A stretch of DNA of 45,343 bases from Octopus bimaculoides (lineage: Eukaryota). Positions 35,261-45,343 of the stretch are shown here, piece after piece; the stretch's first letter is position 1; each line of letters opens with the position of its first letter. The position numbers and the translations under genes were made by a program. The DNA lies in NCBI RefSeq assembly GCF_001194135.2, contig NC_068982.1, forward strand, positions 120,461,001 through 120,506,343. Direction: 5' to 3'. The notes beneath the pieces are model-generated. The model saw nothing but the letters and a program-made list of their open reading frames with translations. It did not search any database and was not told the DNA's origin.

Positions 35261-36026
35261 TAAAGTTAAACAAGGACAGTAACTATACTGCTGTTGTTTA
35301 GTCCCCGGTAAACCTTATCTAGCGGAGCTTTTATCAAAGATGTAACAGAAACCATCATCTATCTATGACTTCAATATCCAATGTATCACGATTTTTTTTC
35401 TGGGTGATAGGGTGTTAAATGAGATAGACTTAGCCACAATTTCTAGTAAGTCAAGTCTCAACTCAGAGGCACTTCTGATGCCTTGTGCAATTGTGTATGA
35501 TAACTCTGCGCATAGAAGTGTGATAAGGCACTGTCCTGTGCAGCAGTTTTCATTAATTAATGTAATGCATGTTTGTTTATATGCTTGACTTTCTATGTCT
35601 TCTGTTTATGCTGGCATGTGTAGACGAGCGTGTCTCTGTGTATATGTGAGAGAGCTATCACGTGTGAGAATGAACGAGTGAAAACACGTGTGCAAGCTCA
35701 CATTTATCTGTGTATGCGAATGTGCGTGTATGTGTGTGTGTGTGTATGAATGTATATGTGTGCCTGCATTTCTCAATATATCTGTATGTTTGTGTCAGCG
35801 TGTGTGCATGTGTATGTGAGTGCAGCTATCGTGTTAAAATGTACGTATATTAGTAAGTATTCGTGCACTCTTGCATTAATTTGCATATACGTGTAAATGT
35901 GCTTGTATATGCGTGCATGCATATGTCTGTGTGTAAACGTATTTTTGTTTGCGCCCGCGAGTGCGTGTGTATGCGTGTACGTAAAGTTTCCTTCGAAGTA
36001 CACAAGCGGTTGATTTATAATCCCAC

Positions 36027-36201
36027 CGTTTGCTAGATTCACTTCCGGTTATAAACTTCCTGTTCGTTGGTTTTTCTTGCACTTTTTTAAGCCTATTCAT
36101 GTAGTTGAGTTGCGTGGGGTGAGATGAGTGCAGCCTGGCAGTTCTGTCCTCTGTCACAATGGAATCTACTTGAAGCGTATCGGAAACAGCTGTATTCTTC
36201 A
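36027..36201 (-). CDS. Tentative upstream coding exon of the CAP-Gly gene (VKNTAVSDTLQ...KFITGSESSKR)
   Basis: Good acceptor TAATATGTTTTCAG| and only one open frame. A phase-2 donor CG|GTGGGA would join the 34449 exon in frame, but that donor is weak. Confidence 0.35.
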
Positions 36202-36533
36202 CTGAAAACATATTAAAACTGGTTTTAATCTTATACAGACAAACAACAACAGTAACCTCTTCCAATTCCTTCTCATCATCATCATCATCACTACCACCAC
36301 CGTCGGAATAGCATATCACAACAAAAGCAATGAAAATAAGCAGCAGCAGCAGAACAAAAAAGAAACATTAGCAATAACAGCAACAACAACAGCAACAAAA
36401 TTGTTATAACAACAGTAACAATAGACAACAATTATAACAGTAATCTGGTGAACAATAATAACTACAGATCAGTGAAAACAGTTGTCACAGCAGCAACGCT
36501 TGTTTCAAAACAACTTTAGCTAAAGCAATAGTA

Positions 36534-37776
36534 CGAGTTTTAGTCAAAATTTATGCGTACTCTTGTGTCTGTAATTTATTAAAACAAAAACCGAGATTAA
36601 ACAATTCATTTTCCAACATAGCTTCCTTGCTTTTCGATGCACTTCTTCCAGCGGACCACAAGCTTGCTTATTGCATCGAGAAGAATTTTGGCTGGTTGCA
36701 TAGTCATTTATGCACAGCTTCCTGTAATTTTTGTCCACAACAAATCGACAACCTTGTAAAAGATGCTTGAGTGCTCTAGAGAGGTGATAGTCGAAAGGGA
36801 CGAGATCTGAACCGTATGCAGGGTGTTTCAGAAACTCGAAACCCAATTTCTCAATGGTTTCAGCGATGTGGGTGTCTGTTTATGGGCATGCACTGTCGTG
36901 TAACAATAACATTTACTTCGACGATAGACCTCGACGTTTGGTGCGAATTGCTGGTTTCAGTTTGTTGGCCAGCATTTTACTGTAGCCTTCACTGGTGACT
37001 GTAGACCCCTTTTCCAAGCAATGTTTTAGCATTGATCTTTTTGCGTCCCCAAAACGGTTAGCATTCCTTTTTTTGCGAAAGGCTGAGTTTTAAACTTCTT
37101 TCTCGATGGCGAATCCGGGTGTTTCCACTCTATACTCTGTCTTTTGGATTCCGGCTAAAAGTGAGAGTCCCAGGTCTCATCTCTTGTTATTGTTCTCTCC
37201 AAAATAGCTTCGCCTTCATCGTTGTAGCGGTCGAATAAGCACTGACAGATCTCCATATGATTGTACTTATGCGCTTCGGGAAGCTCTCTTAGCACCCATG
37301 TCGCAGAGACTTAACGAAGCCTGTTGTGAATGACTTCTTATACAGAACCGTGGCCAATTTGCAGAGAACATGCCACCTCATCGATGGTCATTCATCTGTT
37401 CGTCAGAACTATATCTCGAGCTTGTTGAATCTTCACACCAGTGGAGGAGGTGGACGGGCGTCCCGTTCTCTCTTCATGCTTCACGCTAGTACGGCCATTT
37501 AAAAACTTATCGATCCACTCATACACACTTTTACGCGGTAGAATGCTGTTCCCCTATTGTACTGAAAGTCTGCAATAAATGTCGACCTCTTACACACCTT
37601 CAGACCAGGGAAATGGGATCACTGTTCTCTGTTCTTCCTTGATTACACAAGAAAGTTAACTCGAGCGATCAAGGTCAAACCTCAATGACATAATCAGAAG
37701 TGTCCCACCTGAAGGTAGTGCAGCCAATGTAAAGAAAGGTTTGGTGAAAGTGCGAATAAGTTTTGACTTCTCCTCG
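36534..37776 (-). mobile_element. Near full-length (1243 bp) inactivated mariner transposon
   Basis: TA on both flanks and degenerate TIRs of about 30 bp (CGAG..AGTCAAAA.TTAT.CG.AC). Transposase motifs are WVLREL (WVPHEL), TRDETW and HPAYGSDLVPFDYHL (YSPDLAPxD), with many stops and frameshifts. Confidence 0.9.
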
Positions 37777-37898
37777 TAGCTACATCAGAAAAAAAAAACT
37801 GCTCTAAAAATAACGACGTTAACCACAACAACAATGAAAATAACAACAAGAATAGTAACAATATCATCAAGAACGGTAATAATAGTTGCCTCTACATA

Positions 37899-38119
37899 AA
37901 TAATCCTTTCTATTATAGGGACAAGGCCTGAAATTTTGGCGGGAAGGGGCTAGTCAATTAGATCGACCCCAGTACGCAACTGACACTTAATTTATCGACC
38001 CCGAAAGGATGAAAGGCAAAGTCAACCTCAGCGGAATTTGAACTCAAAACCTAGTGACGGGCGAAATACCGCTAAGCATTTCGTTCAGCGTGCTAACGAT
38101 TCTGCCAGCTCGCCGCCTT
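37899..38119 (-). mobile_element. tRNA-derived SINE with a Deu/Nin-like central segment
   Basis: Head AAGGCGGCGAGCTGGCAGAATCGTTAG (A box), GAGTTCAAATTCC (B box), then GACTTTGCCTTTCATCCTTTCGGGGTCGATAAA. Confidence 0.85.
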
Positions 38120-38933
38120 TGCTTCTACATCATCATCAACAACAACAACAACAACAACAACAACAGCAGCATCAACTTTAATAACCACAACAATAACAGT
38201 AGCAGTAGGTAGAATAACACTAATAGTCACAACAACACCAACAGTTGACATAATATCAATAATCGCATGAATAGTCATTAGATTGTCACGTGAACAAAAA
38301 ACAATGATGGAGTTGTAGATTAACCAAGTAAATTATTTCATAGATTTCTCTGTCACATAGCATATTTACACAGTATACTGTTAAGGTGGCTTATTTCGTC
38401 ACAAACGTAGCTATTGAAAACGACCATGCAGCTATTTCAATAGTGTGACAGCGACAACATTGTGATAGACAATTGATGACAAGTTCCATTGACAGTATTG
38501 ACAGCACTGTGTGAGAGACAAACCTGATGAAAAATAGTTCACAAAACTATTTTTTAAAAATAAGCATGCCTCAATTTACGTCATCTCGAGTTACGTCTTT
38601 TTCAACTGTATGTCAGTTGTTTTAGATAAATTAATGGGGGGGGGGAAACCAACTTCAATTGATTGATGCGACTTTACGTCACTTCAGCAAGGATTTTTAG
38701 CATAAAAATTACAAAAGAAAAAAAAAAGAAAGAGAAAAACCTTAAAACCAATACTGAAGTAAAAAATCAAATATAATACATGAAAATACGTACAAACCAT
38801 TTATTAAAGCAAACAGCTAAGTTTTTAAGATGTATTTTCGCGTTACGTCGTTTTTCGAATTAAACCGCATGTCATGGATACATACAATTACCGACGTAAT
38901 CTGAGGTATGCGTTTCTGTGCTTTTTTGACAGC

Positions 38934-38935
<2 letters not shown>

Positions 38936-38982
<47 letters not shown>
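38936..38982. repeat. (GT)n microsatellite
   Basis: Direct reading of the sequence. Confidence 0.95.
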
Positions 38983-38985
<3 letters not shown>

Positions 38986-39558
38986 AGTTTGCGTGCATGT
39001 GTGTGAGTGACAGATATTAATGCTGACACTATCACATAAGACCATATTCATTCAGTTAATTATGCATTGTAAACTACAGAAAAATATCATATGAGAGACA
39101 AAGCTGGAGGCTCTGTCACAGAACACCATCTTCACCTAACTACTTCATGTAGTATTGTGTTGCTTTGGCAGTATTATATGAGAAATATAACTGTTGGTTA
39201 TATTACACTAACTGATCCTGTGCCGTCAAAAATGACGGCTAATTGTATTATTTTGTATATAAATAAGGTATAAAATAACTTACATAATAATCACAGATAC
39301 AAACATTCACATACTTCCTTGTACATGCACACACATACACATATACTCACACAGAGTTGAAACGCTGTTTTTTTTTTCACGTCTGTCTTCCTTATTCATC
39401 TATCACCCCATCCTTTCTTCATTGCTATTGCTTTCTCTCACTCCCTCTCAGTCAGGGCATTACTCTCACTACTTCTCCTTTACTGAATTACTATTTCTCT
39501 CCTTTCACTTATACTACTCTTTCTCCTACTCCGTCCTACTCCTGCTCTGTGATTTTGG

Positions 39559-39621
<63 letters not shown>

Positions 39622-39625
39622 CATA
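39559..39625. repeat. (CA)n(TA)n microsatellite
   Basis: Direct reading of the sequence. Confidence 0.95.
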
Positions 39626-40044
39626 CAAATGTATAAAAACACTACGCTCATTATTTCATTATTATATTAGGAGATTTACTCGATCTTCACTCAACTCAAC
39701 TATTTACTCTACATTGTATTATGTAAACGACATTATTTCACAGACGTAGCTGATGACGAAGGCCATAAACCTTTCGAATAATGATTTTCTATAAATTCGA
39801 TTTAATTTTCGCCCGCGCTGTATAAACTGAATGTAAAATTTCTCGCGATTTTAGGCTTTAATGCGGTTTCATTTCTCGATTGATATCGTCTAACATTATA
39901 TACGTTGATAATATCCTTAGGAAATGCCTGAATAACCACAAGTTTTCATTCCCAGTCGATAAGTAATTGAACCAAATGTTGACTTCATGTACAGTTTTCA
40001 GCAGGCTCTCTACCTTGATCTTGTCATTTTATGTTTACCTTTTT

Positions 40045-40260
40045 ATCATTTATTTGTTTCAGTCATTAGACTGCGACCATGCTGGGGAGCCGTCTTGGGA
40101 ACTGTGTCGAACGAATTGACCCCAATTCTTGTTTAATTTTTTTTTGTCCTAGTACTTATTTTATCGTCTGTTTTGCCAAACCTCTATGTTACGGGAACGT
40201 AAACACACCAAAACTGATTGGTTGTCAAGTAAGAAACAGTAACAGATACACACGTGTATA
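40045..40260 (-). mobile_element. 3' half of the SINE family seen at 41341-41730
   Basis: TTGTTTCAGTCATTAGACTGCGACCATGCTGGGG..GACCCCA..TTTTGCCAAACC..GTAAACACACC is the reverse complement of that family's tail. Confidence 0.75.
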
Positions 40261-41340
40261 TATATTCGTTTCCTCGCTCTAATTCTTTTTATCTCCCCTT
40301 TCGTTTTTTTTTTCTCTTTCATCCTTTCTCTAATTCTTTTCCTCTCCCCTTCGCCGTTCTCTGTCTGTCTCTTTCTCTCCCTCACTCTTACGCCTTTGCT
40401 CTCTTGTTGCTCGCCATCGGCCATCTTTCTTTTCCTAACTTGAATTTCTTTGTTTCTCTCTGATCAGCCACAGGGATAAGACGCATTCTTGTCTGTCTCC
40501 AGTCAGAGCTTGTTCCTCCGCGTTCACCAACTCGACTCGTTTAGGTTTAACAGCCCTTTCTGTTTGTTTTTACTGTCCTGTTTTTGGTTACCAACTTTGA
40601 CCCTCCGCAAAATCCCAAATTTGATTTAATTTGCTTTGCCGGAGCAATTGTTTTGTCGAAAACGTATCTTGTCGTTAATTGCTCGAAATACGAAGTATAA
40701 AAACAGCCGACAACTGATGAAGGGTCGTTTTTTATGTTGCTTAACGTGTTTTCCATTTGTTTCTTAGTTCACAAAAAAAAAGTTCGTATTCCATGTTTTC
40801 GTATTTTATGTTTTTTACGTTCTGTGGTGTCTTGTGCTCATATATGAATGTGTATATACATATATATATATGTACATATATGTATGTATGCATATATATT
40901 TATATATGTATATGTTTGTGTGCTTGTGTCTGTGTTTGTCCCCCTCCCCACCATCGCTTCACAACCGATGTTGATCTGTTTACTAGCGGTTCGGCAAAAG
41001 AGGCTGATAGAATAAATACCAGGCTTACAAAGAATAAGTTCAGGTGTCGATTTCTTCCATTAAAAGGCGATGCTTCAGCATGGCCACAGTCAAAATGACT
41101 GAACCAAGTAAAAGAATACACATACATATACGCATTATGGGCGTCTTTCAGTTTCTGTCAATCAAATCAGANNNNNNNNNNNNNNNNNNNNNNNNNNNNN
41201 NNNNNNNNNNNNNNNNNNNNNNNNNNNNNNNNNNNNNNNNNNNNNNNNNNNNNNNNNNNNNNNNNNNNNNNNNNNNNNNNNNNNNNNNNNNNNNNNNNNN
41301 NNNNNNNNNNNNNNNNNNNNNNNNNNNNNNNNNNNNNNNT

Positions 41341-41730
41341 ATAGGCGCAGGTGTGGCTGTGTGGTAAGAAGCTTCCTTCCAACCACATGGTTCCGGGTTC
41401 AGTTCCACTGCGTGGCACCCTGGGCAAGTGTGTTCTACTATAGCCTCGGCCCGACCAAAGACTTGTGTGTGGGTTTGGTAGACGGAAACTAAAAGAAGCC
41501 CGTCATATGTATATTTATATATGTATATGTTTGTGTGCTTGTGTCTGTGTTTGTCCCCCTCCCCACCATCGCTTCACAACCGATGTTGATCTGTTTACTA
41601 GCGGTTCGGCAAAAGAGGCTGATAGAATAAATACCAGGCTTACAAAGAATAAGTTCAGGTGTCGATTTCTTCCATTAAAAGGCGATGCTTCAGCATGGCC
41701 ACAGTCAAAATGACTGAACCAAGTAAAAGA
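41341..41730 (+). mobile_element. Full-length tRNA-derived SINE with a central (TA/GT) spacer
   Basis: Head GGCGCAGGTGTGGCTGTGTGGTAAG (A box), GGGTTCAGTTCC (B box), CCTGGGCAAGTG central segment, and tail CAGCATGGCCACAGTCAAAATGACTGAACCAAGTAAAAGA. Confidence 0.85.
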
Positions 41731-41749
41731 ATACACATACATATACGCA

Positions 41750-41895
41750 TTATGGGCGTCTTTCAGTTTCTGTCAATCAAATCTACTCACAAAGCTTTAG
41801 TCACTTCGAAGCTATGGTGCAAGACACTTACCCAAGGCGTCATACAGTGGGACTGAACCCAGGACCATGTGATTCGGATGCTTCTTAACACACAG
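41750..41895 (-). mobile_element. 5' half of the same SINE family, inverted relative to 41341
   Basis: The reverse complement reads CAGGCGTGGCTGTGTGTTAAGAAGC..GGGTTCAGTCCCACTG..CCTTGGGTAAGTGTCTT..GACAGAAACTGAAAGACGCCC. Confidence 0.72.
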
Positions 41896-42428
41896 CCACG
41901 CCTGTACTTTTTGTATGTAGTTTCAATTTTGTTTCTGACCTTCTGATTTTCTGATTTCAAAGTCTGCATCTAATTTAATGTTTTCAGTTTTAATTAAATT
42001 CTTTCACAGAGTGGATTTGCTAAATTTGTCTATTCCCATGCTTATTTTGATATCATAACTGAATTCATTTACAATTTGATTCTCCATCTGGCCGTTGACT
42101 TTTGATGGTAGTTTAAAGTCATCCATATAGATGAGATAGATGACTTTAGTTTGACCATCATATTTTCGTTATTGTTGTTGCTAGACCCGCTTCATTGAGC
42201 AGATTTATGATCAAAGACATTGCAAGTCGTGATCAATCGGCCGTTTTTTTTTTCTGGCATAATATATTCCAACCTACCTTATCAGACATAAGTTGTGTTT
42301 GAATAAATTCTCTCTATGATAACTCGCCTTCATAGGCAGATTAAATAGATTTCTCTATATATTGCTCCACTAGAAAAGCATGCAAATATATTTTATCACA
42401 AGATACATACATACAGACAAACAGACAG

Positions 42429-42430
<2 letters not shown>

Positions 42431-42490
<60 letters not shown>
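42431..42490. repeat. (GAAA)n microsatellite
   Basis: Direct reading of the sequence. Confidence 0.95.
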
Positions 42491-43399
42491 GTTGAACCAG
42501 ATTATTTTTTATTTTGTTCCAGTTTTGTTTTTAATATATTTTCAATACTANNNNNNNNNNNNNNNNNNNNNNNNNNNNNNNNNNNNNNNNNNNNNNNNNN
42601 NNNNNNNNNNNNNNNNNNNNNNNNNNNNNNNNNNNNNNNNNNNNNNNNNNNNNNNNNNNNNNNNNNNNNNNNNNNNNNNNNNNNNNNNNNNNNNNNNNNN
42701 NNNNNNNNNNNNNNNNNNNNNNNNNNNNNNNNNNNNNNNNNNNNNNNNNNNNNNNNNNNNNNNNNNNNNNNNNNNNNNNNNNNNNNNNNNNNNNNNNNNN
42801 NNNNNNNNNNNNNNNNNNNNNNNNNNNNNNNNNNNNNNNNNNNNNNNNNNNNNNNNNNNNNNNNNNNNNNNNNNNNNNNNNNNNNNNNNNNNNNNNNNNN
42901 NNNNNNNNNNNNNNNNNNNNNNNNNNNNNNNNNNNNNNNNNNNNNNNNNNNNNNNNNNNNNNNNNNNNNNNNNNNNNNNNNNNNNNNNNNNNNNNNNNNN
43001 NNNNNNNNNNNNNNNNNNNNNNNNNNNNNNNNNNNNNNNNNNNNNNNNNNNNNNNNNNNNNNNNNNNNNNNNNNNNNNNNNNNNNNNNNNNNNNNNNNNN
43101 NNNNNNNNNNNNNNNNNNNNNNNNNNNNNNNNNNNNNNNNNNNNNNNNNNNNNNNNNNNNNNNNNNNNNNNNNNNNNNNNNNNNNNNNNNNNNNNNNNNN
43201 NNNNNNNNNNNNNNNNNNNNNNNNNNNNNNNNNNNNNNNNNNNNNNNNNNNNNNNNNNNNNNNNNNNNNNNNNNNNNNNNNNNNNNNNNNNNNNNNNNNN
43301 NNNNNNNNNNNNNNNNNNNNNNNNNNNNNNNNNNNNNNNNNNNNNNNNNNNNNNNCCTGATAAAGTACAAAGATATGATAACAATTGAAGACGGTGTTG

Positions 43400-45290
43400 T
43401 GAAAGTTCAACCCCCGGAAGAACTATATATTTTAGAAAAAAGAGAAACAATTATTTAAAAATCTTACTGTCTAAAAGGAAAAAAGAATTGATCGAGTGAG
43501 CGAAGAGAAAGTTGAGAAGTGCTTGAAACCCATCTGGCAGGATATCACATACCTAGCCAGAGGGAAGAAGTTTGGTACTATCGAAGTACGACTAAAAGAT
43601 ATAGAAACTGCACAAATGCACTCAGTTAAATCGTTAGAAACGGAGGACGTTGTTTTAATTCCAATATATATGGGAATGAGGACGTCCTGCCAAAAAAGTC
43701 CTGGCAAAAAGGAAGATAATATAACACTCCTTCACGCTACCGTCACAGAAAAGGCTTACTGGACCGGTCAAACGGTTCACCTCCTAATACAAGCAGAGCA
43801 GTCAATTTTAGAAAAGTTACCGGAGTAAATAGAAATTGGGGAGGAATTCCTTAACGTATTCGTCGAGGGACATATGTTTCTAGTGTGGCCAGCTGGGCCA
43901 TATAAAAAACACACTGTAGAGTCGGCGAGGAAGAATCCGATGGTGAGAAGGAGGAGAGAGAGAAACAGAAGAAAAGAAAGCAACTAACAACAAGAGAAAA
44001 TTGGAAAGCTCAAATCAACAAAAACAGGTCGAACTAAGACCAAAGAAAAATAAAAGAAAAAAACTGCGAAAAGAAACAAACCAAAAATAGTAAGGAAGGA
44101 AGCACAAGACAGAGGGATAGTCGCGCAAAAATGAAGATTTAATGAGAGAAATAAAAGCGGAAAAGTCAGCCACTAGGATTGAAGAACTTTCTGATAAATA
44201 TAAGAACTACGAGTTCTACGAAATGGATAAAAAGACTCATAATGTATTACTTAACACGCATAGAAAATCGGTGTTGATGATGAGATTGGATTTTAATTAA
44301 TCCATTTTTCAAGACTTGCCACCTCCGACCCTATGTCAAGAAAAGGTGGAGAGTTCCTCTTCACAGGACACCCCCGGATTAAATATGTAAGTAATGTCTA
44401 TTCACATTGGTTGTGTAAATGTTCGTGGCCTGATGTCTAGCTGGAAGCAAGGGCGCTTCCTAAGTGACATCAGGTCAAGAAAATTGGATGTGGTTGTTGC
44501 AACGGAAACCCGGGTGAAGGGGCCATGAGATCTGCTCCCCCTCCTGAACGGCTATGAGAAATATGTTTCTCCGAGTCGGGTGGGAGGTGGGGTGGGGTGT
44601 TGGTCCTACTAAAAAGAAACCGGGTAGCCGAGAAAAAGTTGGATTTTTCTGATCCTAAAGGCAGGTTGGTCGTCCTCGACCTGACATTCAGTTGTGGCAA
44701 GATAATCAGGCTGGTTGCAATTAATGCACCCAACGTTATGCGCCCGCAAAGTGAATATTTTCGTGATCTGGGCAAGTTCCTGGCCACGTCGCATTCACTA
44801 GTACTGATAGGAAACTTTAACGCAATCTGTGCCGCACACACAGATTGTGTTGACTCGAACATGAATAGAAAATGTTACCCTGGCTTACAGGATTTGCTAA
44901 GTCACTTTCAGCTGGCAGATCCATATAGGTTGGAACCCGAACACTCCACAGTGGACGCGGTCAAATAGTGACGGGTCTTCCGGAGCATATCTAGATAGGC
45001 TTTTAATTAGAAAAACAGATACGTCCATAGCTAGGTGTTCACAGTTTTATCTAGTCAACTACAGTGATCACAAGATGGTTACTTGTAAGCTGACAGTAGA
45101 TAAGTTGCATAGACAGGGATCTGGCTATTGGAAACTCAATACGTCCCCTTTGGCAATTGAGGAGTACAGAAAGCGGATCGAGATGTTAATGCAGAGGGCA
45201 GTGACAGGTACCATCAGTATTAACAAATGGTGGTACGCCCTAAAAGAGCCATAAAATATGAGTCTATTAGGTTTAAAATAAGTTTAGCTA
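43400..45290 (+). mobile_element. Tx1-like (L1-clade) LINE: ORF1 remnant plus ORF2 endonuclease, 3'-truncated and inactivated
   Basis: ORF1 pieces ARGKKFGTIEVRL..LIPIYMG and a frameshifted CCHC knuckle CF*CGQLGHIKN.C. ORF2 from ATG 44394 has IGCVNVRGL, ATET, DPKGRLVVLD, INAPN, LIGNFN, YLDR, SDH and GSGYWKLN. Confidence 0.9.
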
Positions 45291-45343
45291 AGGTCGGCCT
45301 CAGACTCTACCACTTACGCATTATAACTAGCGAATAACATTTC

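Noticed and set aside
38865-38882. Possible RFX X-box (GTATCCATGACATG on the minus strand)
   Set aside because: Only one half-site matches the consensus.
40710-40757. TATAAAA followed by CTGATGAAGG, like a Penelope terminal-repeat hammerhead
   Set aside because: GAAA is replaced by TTAA and stem II does not pair, so it is too degenerate to call.
1151-43450. Long ORFs made mostly of X (1151, 4307-5321, 26667-27311, 30169, 41044-41427, 42380-43450)
   Set aside because: They are artefacts of N-gaps, which contain no stop codons.

Overview
This is eukaryotic, AT-rich, repeat-dense scaffold DNA with eight N-gaps. The SINE and LINE families and the tandem C2H2 gene style point to a coleoid cephalopod, probably Octopus (inference). 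There is no prokaryotic content, CRISPR array, rRNA or true tRNA gene. Two protein-coding genes are well supported, both on the minus strand. (1) A single-coding-exon C2H2 zinc-finger gene (13994-15685, 17 intact fingers, no effector domain) with a CpG-rich promoter region at about 17.0-17.85 kb. (2) A spliced gene that the ORF track shows only in part (one exon, inside ORF 34185-34439): three phase-compatible exons (34268-34449, 33335-33380, 29113-29176) join into a C-terminal CAP-Gly domain. A third, tentative plus-strand spliced small-ORF transcript (about 6.1-12.1 kb) overlaps a strongly CpG-depleted domain. The rest is decayed mobile DNA: RTE (one copy with a PHD finger inside the RT), CR1-like, R4/Dong-like and Tx1-like LINEs, a full-length dead mariner, non-autonomous Helitrons, a MITE, a foldback element carrying SINE tails, several tRNA-derived SINEs, a degenerate Penelope-type hammerhead motif and many microsatellites. 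I found no clear-cut new biological system. The best leads are the CAP-Gly gene, a dense CRE-like plus TALE motif cluster upstream of it, the cryptic small-ORF transcript, the SINE-carrying foldback element and the hammerhead motif.
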